Assembly (NCBI GenBank): GCA_965209035.1
Contig: OZ242372.1
Coordinates: forward strand, 1,216,001-1,280,000
Length of the DNA stretch: 64,000 nucleotides
Direction of reading: 5' to 3'
From: Gammaproteobacteria bacterium
Lineage (GTDB): Bacteria; Pseudomonadota; Gammaproteobacteria; CBDBNL01; JAAOII01
Program-made: the position numbers and the translations under genes
Shown here: one piece after another, positions 1 through 10,022 of the stretch
Layout: each line of letters opens with the position of its first letter
Numbering within the stretch: position 1 is the first letter of the stretch
Notes under the pieces: generated by a model
Told to the model about the DNA's origin: nothing
The model's database searches: none
What the model saw: only the letters and a program-made list of their open reading frames with translations

Positions 1-1
1 G

Positions 2-1000
2 GGAATTATCCGTCAATTGGATGTGGCGCGCGCGCAGGTGATCATTGAGGTGATCATCGCCGAGTTAACGGACACACTGACGCGCGAACTCGGGGTGGAC
101 TGGATTTATAACAACCCGACCGGTGCGGGTGTGGTGGATTTGAGTTCGCGGCTCGGTGGTGCTCTCCCGGGCGTACTCAACGGAGGTTCGGCTGCCGGCG
201 CGGCTCTGGGCTTGGCAAGAGGCGGGCTGGTTACGGGGGCTTTTTCCGGGACCGTGGAAAACGGCTGGGGGGCCCTGCTGCGGGTCTTAAATAGCGATCA
301 GCGGGCAAACATTCTTTCAACGCCTTATATCGTCACTCTGGATAATGAGGAAGCATCCTTTACGGTTGGCGATAATGTTCCCTTTCGGGTTTCTTCCACG
401 AACACGGATGGCAATAGAGTTGAAACTACGGAGCGACGCGATGTCGGCACAACTCTGGTGATCAAACCGCAGGTTACCGGCGGCGACAGTGTCAAACTGA
501 ATATTAATCAGGAGGTTTCCAGCGTGCAGCAGGGGTCGGCGGGACCGGATGAGCAAGTGACCACATCCGTGCGTAAGATTGTAACTACTGTGCAGGTGCG
601 CAGCGGCGGTTTAATTGTGCTGGGCGGTCTGCAGCGCGAAGAACAAACCGAAAACAGCAACAAGGTGCCCGGTTTGGGGGATATTCCTTATTTGGGACAT
701 CTTTTTAAGAACCAGAATAGTCGACTTGTCAAGAGTAACCTGATGCTGTTCATGCGTCCGAGGATTATTAAAGACGAGGCGGCGATTGCCAGCATTAGTC
801 ACGGCAAGTATAACAGTATTCGTCAGGAACAACTGAATTATCCCAGGTTTAATTCACTGTTCACGAGACGCCAGACACCCAAGTTGCGGGACCTGAGCAA
901 AATGGGGTTGTTTACGGATTTTGGCAGAGCGCGGGCAGTTTCGGATCTGGTGGATCCGGCAAGTGTGACCGAGGACGCTGTGCCGACGAGTTTGCAATAG
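2..1000 (+). CDS. gspD: Type II secretion secretin GspD (5' truncated by window)
   Basis: Secretin motifs IRQLDVARAQVIIE, ILSTPYIVTLDNEEA, KVPGLGDIPYLGHLF; directly upstream of gspE. Confidence 0.95.
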   Translation, partial: GIIRQLDVARAQVIIEVIIAELTDTLTRELGVDWIYNNPTGAGVVDLSSRLGGALPGVLNGGSAAGAALGLARGGLVTGAFSGTVENGWGALLRVLNSDQRANILSTPYIVTLDNEEASFTVGDNVPFRVSSTNTDGNRVETTERRDVGTTLVIKPQVTGGDSVKLNINQEVSSVQQGSAGPDEQVTTSVRKIVTTVQVRSGGLIVLGGLQREEQTENSNKVPGLGDIPYLGHLFKNQNSRLVKSNLMLFMRPRIIKDEAAIASISHGKYNSIRQEQLNYPRFNSLFTRRQTPKLRDLSKMGLFTDFGRARAVSDLVDPASVTEDAVPTSLQ

Positions 1001-1009
1001 GCGATTAAA

Positions 1010-2497
1010 ATGAGCTCTGAAAATACCGCAGCCGCATCTGTCAAGGCAATTCCCTATCTGTTTGCCAAAGAGAAGGGAGTGTTTTTGGAACAGGACAAAG
1101 GTGAACCCAGAATCTGCTATCGGGCGGGTGTTTCGCCGGGTGTGATTCAAGAGGTGTCCCGGCATGTCGGCTGGGGGGTGCCGCACAGAATGTTGGATAA
1201 GCCGGAGTTTGAGAGACTGCTGCAAAAAAACTATGCGGAAGCCGAGCGCACCAAGGATCAGGAAATTGGCAAGGACTTTACCGACGAGGTGTTGGGTGAC
1301 GAGGATCTGACCAGAATTTTGGACGAACCGGACGATCTGTTGAACGCCCAGGACGATGCCCCGATCATTCGGTTGTTTAATTCTATTTTATTTGAGGCTA
1401 TTCGCGAAAAAGTTTCGGATATTCACATAGAGCCTTATGCCGAGCGGTTGGTGATTCGCTTTCGCTTGGACGGCGTTCTCAAGTCCTCTTTGAGTTCTAC
1501 CGTGAAGATTGCCCCTTTTTTGGTAACGCGCATCAAGGTTCTTGCCAGGCTGGATATTGCGGAAAAGCGGGTGCCGCAGGACGGCAGAATGAGTGTGCGA
1601 GTGGGGGGTAAAAATGTGGATCTGCGCATTTCCACCATTCCTTCCGCATACGGCGAAAGGGTGGTATTGCGTTTGTTGGACAAGGAAGAGAGCAATCTGG
1701 ACCTGGCGCAACTGGGTATGGACGATGCGCGCCGCGAGAAACTGGAAGAGTTAATTCAAAGACCCCACGGCATCATCCTGGTCACGGGTCCCACCGGTTC
1801 GGGTAAGACAACGACTCTGTATGCATGCCTGAAAAAATTGGATCACCAAAGGTTGAACATTATGACGGTGGAGGATCCGATTGAATATTATTTTGACGGC
1901 ATCAGCCAGACACAGGTTAACATGCGCGCCAACATGACCTTTGCCCGCGGGCTGCGCGCTATTTTGCGGCAGGATCCGGATGTGGTGCTTGTGGGTGAAA
2001 TTCGCGATACGGAAACCGCGAGCATCAGCGTGCAAGCCAGTTTGACCGGCCATTTGGTTCTTTCCACTTTGCATACCAACACGGCTGTGGGTGCGGTCAC
2101 CCGCCTGCGCGATATGGGGGTGGAGCCGTTTCTGTTGGCATCCACGGTGCAAGCGGTGATGTCTCAGCGATTGCTGCGCCGCCTTTGCGAAGAGTGCCGC
2201 GAACCCTACAAACCGAGCGCTTATGAAAAGAAAATACTTGGCGGGTCGCCGTCGCAACTTTATGCGGCGAAAGGATGCGAAAAATGTTACAAAACCGGTT
2301 ATAGCAAGCGTATTGCCATTTATGAGTTGGCGGAGGTGGACAAGACCCTGCGCGGGATGATCAATGAGAATGCGAGCGAACAGAAAATGGCGGATTACGC
2401 GCATTCTCAAACAAAGAGTATTCAACAAAATGCGTTTGATCTGGTGTGCGACGGAGTGACATCGTTTGCCGAGGCTGTTCGGGTGATTCGTGACTGA
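1010..2497 (+). CDS. gspE: T2SS ATPase GspE
   Basis: SDIHIEP, Walker A GPTGSGKTT, LRQDPDVVLVGEIRD, Cys Zn motif CEEC...CEKC. Confidence 0.97.
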   Translation: MSSENTAAASVKAIPYLFAKEKGVFLEQDKGEPRICYRAGVSPGVIQEVSRHVGWGVPHRMLDKPEFERLLQKNYAEAERTKDQEIGKDFTDEVLGDEDLTRILDEPDDLLNAQDDAPIIRLFNSILFEAIREKVSDIHIEPYAERLVIRFRLDGVLKSSLSSTVKIAPFLVTRIKVLARLDIAEKRVPQDGRMSVRVGGKNVDLRISTIPSAYGERVVLRLLDKEESNLDLAQLGMDDARREKLEELIQRPHGIILVTGPTGSGKTTTLYACLKKLDHQRLNIMTVEDPIEYYFDGISQTQVNMRANMTFARGLRAILRQDPDVVLVGEIRDTETASISVQASLTGHLVLSTLHTNTAVGAVTRLRDMGVEPFLLASTVQAVMSQRLLRRLCEECREPYKPSAYEKKILGGSPSQLYAAKGCEKCYKTGYSKRIAIYELAEVDKTLRGMINENASEQKMADYAHSQTKSIQQNAFDLVCDGVTSFAEAVRVIRD

Positions 2498-3720
2498 TGG
2501 CAAGCTTTGAATATCAGGCATATGATGCGGTCGGCAAACTTCGCAAGGGATTGATAGAAGCCGATTCGCCGCGTCTTGCCCGCCAGGCTCTGCGGGCGCG
2601 CGGCCTGTTTCCGTTGCGTATAGAAACCGGCCGAGCCAAGAACAAGGAGCGGAATTCCGATCTCTTGGTGCGGTTGTTTCATCGCAAGTTGCCGCCCGCC
2701 GACTTAATTTTGATGACGCGGCAATTGGCGACCCTGACCGGTTCCGGTATGCCGTTGGAACGCAGTTTGAATATGATTGCCGAGCAGGCGGACAGCCGGA
2801 TGCTGCGGCGGGTGGTTACCGCGGTGCGAACGGATGTGTCCGAGGGGATTGCTTTTTCGCAAGCATTGAGGAGGCTGCCGCAGAAGTTACCGGACGAGTA
2901 CATCGCGGCGATTAATGCCGGCGAAGAGAGCGGCGACATGGCAAAGATTTTGGAGCGGTTGGCGGAAGACATCGAAGAACTGGACAGGACGCGCCAGACT
3001 CTGACCTCCGCAATGGTGTATCCGGCGGTGATGCTGTTTGTTTCAGTCGGTATTATTATTCTTTTGATGGTGTATGTGGTCCCGCAGGTGACCGAGGTGT
3101 TTGCTTCGCAAAAGCAGGAGTTGCCGTTTATGACCAAAACGCTGATCGCCGTCAGTGCCTTTTTGCGCGCTTACAGTTCGGTGTTGCTTTTGTTGATTGC
3201 CGCGGCGGTGTTCGGTTTTTCTTATGCGTTGCGTCAAAAAGAGTTTCGCTATCGGTATGATCGGTTTTTGGTGCGGTTGCCGCTGTTGGGTTCTTGGATT
3301 ACGATGAGCACGGTCGGACGATGGTCGCGCAGCCTGGGGGTGCTGCTTGCGGGCGGCGTGCCGGGACTGCGCTCGTTGCAGATCGCGGCGCGCAGTGTGG
3401 GTAATACTTATCTGCGACAACATATGGAGGATGCCAATCGTCATGTGAGCGAAGGAATGAGTATTAACAAGGCACTGGCAAAGTGCGGGGTGTTTCCCGG
3501 GTTTCTGATTTACATGATCAGCAGCGGCGAACAAAGCGGAAACTTGGACGGGATGTTGATTAAGTGCTCGGAATACTACGGCCAACGCCTTAAGACGGTC
3601 ACCCAGTCGGCCTTGCGGATTTTTGAACCTATGTTAATTCTGTTTATGGGGATGATGGTTCTTATGATTATTTTGGCAATTCTGTTGCCTATTTTTCAAA
3701 TCAATCAACTGGTATTTTGA
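2497..3720 (+). CDS. gspF: T2SS inner membrane platform protein GspF
   Basis: RQLATLTGSGMPL, AGEESG, SGEQSGNLD, EPMLI motifs; coupled to gspE. Confidence 0.95.
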   Translation: MASFEYQAYDAVGKLRKGLIEADSPRLARQALRARGLFPLRIETGRAKNKERNSDLLVRLFHRKLPPADLILMTRQLATLTGSGMPLERSLNMIAEQADSRMLRRVVTAVRTDVSEGIAFSQALRRLPQKLPDEYIAAINAGEESGDMAKILERLAEDIEELDRTRQTLTSAMVYPAVMLFVSVGIIILLMVYVVPQVTEVFASQKQELPFMTKTLIAVSAFLRAYSSVLLLLIAAAVFGFSYALRQKEFRYRYDRFLVRLPLLGSWITMSTVGRWSRSLGVLLAGGVPGLRSLQIAARSVGNTYLRQHMEDANRHVSEGMSINKALAKCGVFPGFLIYMISSGEQSGNLDGMLIKCSEYYGQRLKTVTQSALRIFEPMLILFMGMMVLMIILAILLPIFQINQLVF

Positions 3721-3733
3721 CAAACAAAACGAT

Positions 3734-4177
3734 ATGATGAAACAAACAAAACAACAGGCCGCAAGTTTGAAAAGACAGCGCGGTGTCACTCTGATAGAAC
3801 TTTTGGTGGTATTGGTGATCATTGCCATTTTGGCGGCGACTATCATCCCCAATTTTTTTGACGCACCGGACAAGGCGCGCGTTGTGCGCGCCAAACAAGA
3901 TGTTCGCTCGCTGGAAAATGCTCTTCTCTTATATAAATTAGACAACTTTAATTATCCGTCCGGCTTGCAAGATCTGGTGCAAAAACCGGCAAATGCCGCC
4001 AACTGGAAACAGGGCGGATATTTGGAACGCTTGCCGAAGGACCCTTGGGGCAATGACTATCAATATAGCAATCCGGGCCAACACGGAACCATAGATATCT
4101 ATTCTTTTGGCGCCGACGGGGGTGCGGGTGGCTCGGGAGTCGATTCGGATCTGGGGAACTGGAATCTGGACCAATAG
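3734..4177 (+). CDS. gspG: T2SS major pseudopilin GspG
   Basis: Prepilin motif QRG/VTLIELLVVL; LPKDPWGNDYQY and DIYSFGADG. Confidence 0.97.
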   Translation: MMKQTKQQAASLKRQRGVTLIELLVVLVIIAILAATIIPNFFDAPDKARVVRAKQDVRSLENALLLYKLDNFNYPSGLQDLVQKPANAANWKQGGYLERLPKDPWGNDYQYSNPGQHGTIDIYSFGADGGAGGSGVDSDLGNWNLDQ

Positions 4178-4184
4178 GCAGTCG

Positions 4185-4895
4185 GTGCGCTTCGATCAGC
4201 AAGGTTTCACACTGATAGAACTATTAGTTGTTCTTGCGGTCATGGGAGCCCTGGTCGGCGCTTTGGTGTTTTTTGCCTTGCCGTCTTCGTTGCAAGGGGA
4301 AAAGAGAAAAGCCCGGCAAACCTATGAACTGATGCAAGAAATTCGACTGCGTTCTGTCATGCAGCGACGGATCTTTGGGTTGGATGTTCCGGATGAAGAG
4401 AGGATCCTGCAAGTTGTGGTTTTGGATTCGGGTGGCGCGGCGTTTGTGACATCGGCACCGGTTACGGGCGATGATGCTTTTGCGGAGTCACTTCCCGGTA
4501 ACGCAGACAACGCAGAGGAAGACGAAAAACCGAGGGCGCCGACCGCGGCCGAGCGAAAGCAGCTCGCCGCTTCGCTTGGTTTAATTGGACAAACCGGTTC
4601 CGCCGACTGGAAACTGGCAGAAAATTATGATGCCATTGATTTTGGGGAAGGGGGTATTACTTTTTTTGCACAGACGGAAGACACCGACCTTGCGCGGCGC
4701 AGCGAGGAAATTCGCTCCAATCTTGCCGAGGAACTCGGCACAGACGAGGAGTCGCCGCTGAGTCCGGAATTGGTTTTTTTTCCGGACGGCAAGCTGAGTG
4801 CGCCCGGAAGTTTGCGACTGATTTCCGGGGAAGACAATGTGATCTATGCGTTCAGTTGGGATACTGCGGGAAACTTTGAACTCGAAAAACAATAG
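4185..4895 (+). CDS. gspH: T2SS minor pseudopilin GspH
   Basis: QQG/FTLIELLVVL prepilin motif, C-terminal FFPDG; GTG start at 4185 inferred. Confidence 0.85.
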   Translation: MRFDQQGFTLIELLVVLAVMGALVGALVFFALPSSLQGEKRKARQTYELMQEIRLRSVMQRRIFGLDVPDEERILQVVVLDSGGAAFVTSAPVTGDDAFAESLPGNADNAEEDEKPRAPTAAERKQLAASLGLIGQTGSADWKLAENYDAIDFGEGGITFFAQTEDTDLARRSEEIRSNLAEELGTDEESPLSPELVFFPDGKLSAPGSLRLISGEDNVIYAFSWDTAGNFELEKQ

Positions 4896-5256
4896 TCGCG
4901 GCTTTACTTTGGTGGAGGTAATGGTGGCGCTTGCCGTCGCTGCCATCGCTTTGTCCGTGCTGGTCCACGGGCTGAGCCGCTATGCGAATCAGCATGTGCA
5001 TCTGCGCGAGGCGATCATTGCGCGGAGTATCGGCGGCGGCTATCTGACCAGATATGTGTTGGAACCGGATTATGTTCCGCCCGAATATGTGGAAAATGCC
5101 GGCACTTCCTGGGAGTTGAATTTTGAAGAAGAGGAGTTTTTCTTTCGCGATCTGGACGGTCTAACCAAGGTGACCTTGCGGATTTCCGACGGGGAGGAAA
5201 GACAGATTGCCACCTTGCAGGCGATCGTTCACAGACCCGAGTTAACACTCCAATGA
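4846..5256 (+). CDS. gspI: T2SS minor pseudopilin GspI
   Basis: SRG/FTLVEVMVALAV; size and order; true start may be slightly downstream. Confidence 0.85.
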   Translation: MRSVGILRETLNSKNNSRGFTLVEVMVALAVAAIALSVLVHGLSRYANQHVHLREAIIARSIGGGYLTRYVLEPDYVPPEYVENAGTSWELNFEEEEFFFRDLDGLTKVTLRISDGEERQIATLQAIVHRPELTLQ

Positions 5257-5987
5257 GTTGTCCGCACAGGCCGGTCGTGCCGGGCCCTTTTTACGGTTCT
5301 TCTGTTTCTTCTTCCGCTCCTCCCCCCGCTTGCGAGAGAGGGTTCACTCTCATAGAACTGATGGTCGCGGTGACATTGCTTGCGGTTTTGTTGGTGATGG
5401 TTTTTTCGGCGACAAGCTCGGCTCTGCGGAGTTTTGATCGGCTGACGGACGGCACCGGCCGTCAGACGCAGTTGGCGAGCGCGTTGAGCATCATTAATGA
5501 TGACTTTTATAATCTTGTGCCCCGTCCGGTTCGCACCGGGCAGAATACCCACAGAGAGTCGTTTCGGATGCGCGGGTCGGAAGAACTTTTCTTTGTGGAG
5601 TTTACGCGCGGCGGTCTGCCCGTTTACGACATACCGCCGACACAATTGAAGCGTATGAACCTGGCGAGTCCGCAGACGGGAATGGCCCGAGTGGCCTATC
5701 GGTTTACCGAAGAGGGACTTTACAGATACGAATGGGGGGTGTTGGATGCGGAGCATTTTCCCGAAGAGGAGACGGAGATGCATCGCACTTTAATTCTTGA
5801 AAAAGTGGACGATATTCAAATTCTTTCTTACAGCCGCGACAAGGACGGTGCACTGCGCGCAGAGACGGTTTGGCCGCCGGTTAAGTCGGACAAAAGAAAA
5901 GCAATGAAGGAGTTGCCTAAGGCGGTTTCGCTGTTGATCCGGTTACAGGATATGGGTGAGATAGAACTTTTTTACGCGACTTCCTAA
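5253..5987 (+). CDS. gspJ: T2SS minor pseudopilin GspJ
   Basis: ERG/FTLIELMVA, FTRGG, RVAYR, LPKAV motifs. Confidence 0.9.
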   Translation: MSCPHRPVVPGPFYGSSVSSSAPPPACERGFTLIELMVAVTLLAVLLVMVFSATSSALRSFDRLTDGTGRQTQLASALSIINDDFYNLVPRPVRTGQNTHRESFRMRGSEELFFVEFTRGGLPVYDIPPTQLKRMNLASPQTGMARVAYRFTEEGLYRYEWGVLDAEHFPEEETEMHRTLILEKVDDIQILSYSRDKDGALRAETVWPPVKSDKRKAMKELPKAVSLLIRLQDMGEIELFYATS

Positions 5988-6064
5988 GACAGTTCCTAAA
6001 ACAGTTCCTGAGACAGTTCCTGAGATAATTCCTGAGATAATTCCTGAGATAATTCCTGAGACAG
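5981..6064. repeat. 12-bp tandem repeat x7 (TTCCTRAGAYAR consensus) between gspJ and gspK
   Basis: Units at 5981, 5993, 6005, 6017, 6029, 6041, 6053; the first overlaps the gspJ stop codon. Confidence 0.95.
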
Positions 6065-6090
6065 TAAAGAGGAGCAGAGTACCGAATAGC

Positions 6091-7059
6091 ATGCCGCAAA
6101 CACAGAAAAGACAAAAGGGGCAAAAAAGACAAGAGCGGCAGCGAGGCATCGCCTTGGTCAGCGTGCTCGGAGTGATTGCAATGATTACCGCCATCATTGC
6201 GGGATTGGCCTATCGCCAGCAACTGAGTATTAATTTGCAGGGCTATGCGTTGCAGAAGAGTGCCGGCGCCTTGGCAATCCTGTCGGCGGAGCAGATGGCG
6301 GCGGCGATTCTTGCGGACAAAAACAAGGAGCGCGCACAGAGCAGTTATGATGATCACGATGAGGGTTGGGCCGAGCCGGTGGTTGGCGCGGATGTTGGCG
6401 GGGTTAATCTTACCTTTATGATTTTTGACGCCCAGGCCAACTTCAATGTTAATAATGTGAATGCGCGCAGCGGCAGTGACAGGGCGGTCGCCAGACGTGT
6501 TCTGCGCACCTTGCTTAATCGGTATGGTAGCACACACAATGATATCAATGATTGGGTTTCCGAACGAAAAATTATTTCAAAAGACCGGGTTTACTTGGCA
6601 GCCGGCCCGGAATTTGATTCCTATCGGATGGGGAACACCGAGATGGTGAGTTTGCACGAACTGCGGTTGATCGCCGGCTTGCGTAAACGGGAAACCTTGG
6701 AAAGCGATATCGTCAAATTTGAGGATTATTTTTCTTTTTTTCCGATTCATCGTGCGTTTGTTAAGGTGAATGTCAATACGGCGGACGACGCGCTATTAAC
6801 GGAGTTGTTGCGGTATTTTGGCGCGGCGAACAGGGTGGCGGGCATTTTGGATGCGCGGCCCTATGGACGGGCGGCGAGCTTTTGTGCGCGCGTGCGCTCC
6901 AGAAAGGGTGATTGTCGCCGGTTGTTTGATACCAAGAGCTCCTATTTTTATGTTTTTTCGAGAGTGCAAATGGGGGATACGGTGCTGCATTCCCGCAGTT
7001 TGCTTAAGAGGACAAAATCCGGCGCCGAGACGGTCATGCGCCAGGTGCGGACTCTGTAA
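6091..7059 (+). CDS. gspK: T2SS minor pseudopilin GspK
   Basis: QRG/IALVSVL (no E5, typical of GspK), DAQANFNVN, ELRLIAG, VNVNTA. Confidence 0.92.
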   Translation: MPQTQKRQKGQKRQERQRGIALVSVLGVIAMITAIIAGLAYRQQLSINLQGYALQKSAGALAILSAEQMAAAILADKNKERAQSSYDDHDEGWAEPVVGADVGGVNLTFMIFDAQANFNVNNVNARSGSDRAVARRVLRTLLNRYGSTHNDINDWVSERKIISKDRVYLAAGPEFDSYRMGNTEMVSLHELRLIAGLRKRETLESDIVKFEDYFSFFPIHRAFVKVNVNTADDALLTELLRYFGAANRVAGILDARPYGRAASFCARVRSRKGDCRRLFDTKSSYFYVFSRVQMGDTVLHSRSLLKRTKSGAETVMRQVRTL

Positions 7060-7061
7060 AA

Positions 7062-8264
7062 ATGATGAAGGCAACCGAAAGTCCATATAGTTTTTATATT
7101 GCCGCAGACGGCAAGGTCAGTTTGCCGCACCTGGGCCGACAGGTGACCGGCACGGACGCCTCTCTTGAAAGTAACCCGCAGTTGGCGGGCTGGGTTGCGA
7201 GCGAACACTTTACCTTTCTTTCCTGTAGCCTGCCGACACGCAATCGTGCCAAGATTCTGAAAACCCTGCCCTATGCCCTGGAAGAGTTTCTGATTGACGA
7301 TGTGGATGCCTGTCATTTTACGCCGATCATTTCTTCCGTTGCCGGGGCGGCGACGCAAACACATGTTGTGGCGAAGACCAAAATGCGGGAATGGAAGGAT
7401 CTGCTGAAGGCGTTACGAATAGAGCCTTTGGGCATTTACCCGGATATTTACGCTCTGCCGCACAAAGAAAAAACGATTACCGCATTTGTCGGCAAGGGGC
7501 GTTGTTTGGCGCGCACTTCGGACGGCGAAGGGTTTTGCGGGAGAGGCGAGTTGTTTGTCCGGATGTTACTCGGGATGGCAAAGGATCAAAACAAAGAAAT
7601 TGAGATCATTAGCGATATGGGAAAGAAGTTGCCGGCGTCGCTGCGCGGTTGTTCGGTGACTGATGTCGGCAGTTTTGAAGAATTTTTGGCACAGGCGGAG
7701 TTCCCGCCGCCGGAATTTAACGCGATGCACGGCGACTATGCGCCGGGGGTGCGTGTGCGCAAGGAGGAGCATTTTTCCCGGCACGCGCTTGCTTGGGTGG
7801 CTACTTTTTGTGTGGCATTGTTGTTGGCACAGCAACCTCTTGCCATTCGCGAGGACAAAAAACTTCTGAGCGAACAACAGGCGCGCAATGCCGAGTTGTA
7901 TCGTCAGATGTTTGATGCCGAACCCTCGGATCCGAGTCAACTGCGCGGCAGCGCGTTGGCGGCGATGGAGACCATCGCGGAAGGTTCCGCCGCCGGCGAA
8001 ACAGATCCGATCTGGGAGCGGGTGAGCATTGTTGCTTCGGTTTTAAATAATTGCCCGAGTTGTGTGGTTACTTCTTTTGATACAAAGGAAGGGAGCAGGC
8101 GTATTAACATTAAACTTTTGGCGAAGACAAAAGACCCGGTGCAAAAGAAATCTTTTGAGAACTTGGGTTGGCGTATTCTGCGCTGGCGGGACAAGAAAGA
8201 AGCACTGCCGGACAAGCGGCCGCCTTTGCATGCTTTGGAAATTATTGCCGAAGAAAGACAGTGA
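7062..8264 (+). CDS. gspL: T2SS protein GspL
   Basis: LPYALEEFLIDDVD and PDIYALP motifs, single TM; operon order. Confidence 0.88.
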   Translation: MMKATESPYSFYIAADGKVSLPHLGRQVTGTDASLESNPQLAGWVASEHFTFLSCSLPTRNRAKILKTLPYALEEFLIDDVDACHFTPIISSVAGAATQTHVVAKTKMREWKDLLKALRIEPLGIYPDIYALPHKEKTITAFVGKGRCLARTSDGEGFCGRGELFVRMLLGMAKDQNKEIEIISDMGKKLPASLRGCSVTDVGSFEEFLAQAEFPPPEFNAMHGDYAPGVRVRKEEHFSRHALAWVATFCVALLLAQQPLAIREDKKLLSEQQARNAELYRQMFDAEPSDPSQLRGSALAAMETIAEGSAAGETDPIWERVSIVASVLNNCPSCVVTSFDTKEGSRRINIKLLAKTKDPVQKKSFENLGWRILRWRDKKEALPDKRPPLHALEIIAEERQ

Positions 8265-8950
8265 GAGCGAAAGACACCGCGGATTGGGAGTCACCGGTCG
8301 ACGGAAAGTCCGAAGAGGTGATGAAAAAACGCACTGGCGGACGATTTGAGTTTCTTCGTTTCGGCGGGGCTCGCCAATATTTGAATCGTCCCGTTAAGGT
8401 TAAGAAAGCGACAAAAGTGGCGGGAGCGGCAAAAAGGGAATCACTGTCCGCTTTTGCGTTGCGGCATGCACAGCTGCCGGTTGCTCGTTTGAGACCCCTG
8501 GCGGAGTATTATCGGGCGCGCAGCCGGCGAGAGCAAGTTTTAATTTTGGCCGGTGCGGGGTTGGCGGCGGGTTGGCTGCTGTGGGCTCAAGTTGTCAGTC
8601 CCTATGCGAGTTATCGCGAGTCTTTGCGCGCTGCCTATCGGGATGCCCGTCTTGAATATGCATGGTTGGAGGAGCAGATCCCCCGTCTTGATTCTCTTTT
8701 GAAGCAGCGGGGCAGCCGTAAGGACCTGTTGGGTGATCCCGCCGAGTTTGTGCGCGGTCGGCTTGCGGATGCCCGGGTCTCCGTCGGGGATGACGGGGTT
8801 TATACTGTTGCTTGGAAGGGGGGCGATGGCAAGAAATTTTTTGCCGTGATCGGCGCGATGACCGGCTACGGGGTATCTCTTAAAAGTATTTCCGTGAAAC
8901 GCAGTAACGCCAAGAACAAGGAGGCTGAGTTTTCGGCTTCCTTAAAATAA
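8261..8950 (+). CDS. gspM: T2SS protein GspM
   Basis: SRREQVLI followed by TM and coiled region; GTG overlapping the gspL stop (start uncertain). Confidence 0.78.
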   Translation: MRAKDTADWESPVDGKSEEVMKKRTGGRFEFLRFGGARQYLNRPVKVKKATKVAGAAKRESLSAFALRHAQLPVARLRPLAEYYRARSRREQVLILAGAGLAAGWLLWAQVVSPYASYRESLRAAYRDARLEYAWLEEQIPRLDSLLKQRGSRKDLLGDPAEFVRGRLADARVSVGDDGVYTVAWKGGDGKKFFAVIGAMTGYGVSLKSISVKRSNAKNKEAEFSASLK

Positions 8951-8987
8951 AATATTAAAAATTGATCCGCCCGTGAAAATATTTTGA

Positions 8988-9845
8988 ATGATTTATATGA
9001 ACAGAAAAGTTAAAGTCCTGTCTTGGGTACTTGTGTTTTTTATCGCTTACATGGCGGCCATGCTGTTTTTGCTGCCGGCGCGTTATCTGCTGTCGTTTGC
9101 AAACTTACCGCCGGAAGTGCGTCTGTATTCAACGGAAGGCACCGTTTGGAAGGGGGAGACGATTGTTTTTTTTAAGCCGAGTGACGGGCGGCGGTCGGTG
9201 CCGTTTGAGGGGAAATGGCGGCTTTGTCTGTCTTCCCAATTTCCTTTTTATGCCGCTTGTGTCAGCCTGAAGCATACGGCTGCCGAGATAAATGCCAAAA
9301 TTGTCGGCTTGCCGCGGACAGTGCTGCGGCTTGCGGAGTTGCGGGTGCGGGCTGATGTGGAGAAGACGGCTCGTCTGATGCTGACCGGGACGGAGAGCGT
9401 TTTCGTTAAGCCGGCCGGAAATGTTGTATTAAATATGCATGAATTGAAGTTGAACCCGGCGGAGAGACGGCTTTTGTCTTGGGGCGGGGAGCTGGATCTC
9501 CTCGGCGGGACCCTGTTCGGCATTCCTCTGCCGGATACGCGTGCGACCATGACAAACGAGCCGTTTATCAGCCGGGATCCGACGCGCGGTGACAGTTTTG
9601 CGGATAAAAAATTACCGACTATCCGGTTTGCCGGTGGTAATGACAAAATGACCTTGTCCGGGCAGGGGCAGTTTCTTGAGGACGGTCAACTCAAGTGTCG
9701 CATAGAGGCGTCCGTCTTGGATACTTCTTTGCATCAATTTTTGCGTCCGTTTGCGACTGGTCGGGAGGGGAACAAATTTGTCATAGATTGGCAGGGAGAT
9801 CCTTTGTTTTTCCGATCTTCGACCACAAAGGAGAAGACGCCTTAA
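8988..9845 (+). CDS. gspN: T2SS protein GspN
   Basis: N-terminal TM with LPA and GTVWKG motif; last gene of operon. Confidence 0.8.
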   Translation: MIYMNRKVKVLSWVLVFFIAYMAAMLFLLPARYLLSFANLPPEVRLYSTEGTVWKGETIVFFKPSDGRRSVPFEGKWRLCLSSQFPFYAACVSLKHTAAEINAKIVGLPRTVLRLAELRVRADVEKTARLMLTGTESVFVKPAGNVVLNMHELKLNPAERRLLSWGGELDLLGGTLFGIPLPDTRATMTNEPFISRDPTRGDSFADKKLPTIRFAGGNDKMTLSGQGQFLEDGQLKCRIEASVLDTSLHQFLRPFATGREGNKFVIDWQGDPLFFRSSTTKEKTP

Positions 9846-10022
9846 ATATCATTCATTCATTAAATGTGTTTTGGGGGTGCTCTTTGAGAAAGTACCTCAG
9901 TAAAAAATCCCAAAATTGTGCGGTTCGATCTGATGCGATTCGGGGCGGGTTTCTTTTTAATCTGTTGGAAAGACGCTTATATTAAAAGAAGAAACGGAAA
10001 AATTACGATACAATAAGAAATT

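Noticed and set aside
1-9845. Type IV pilus operon
   Set aside because: GspG, K, L, M and N signatures and the gene order indicate a T2SS; no PilT is present
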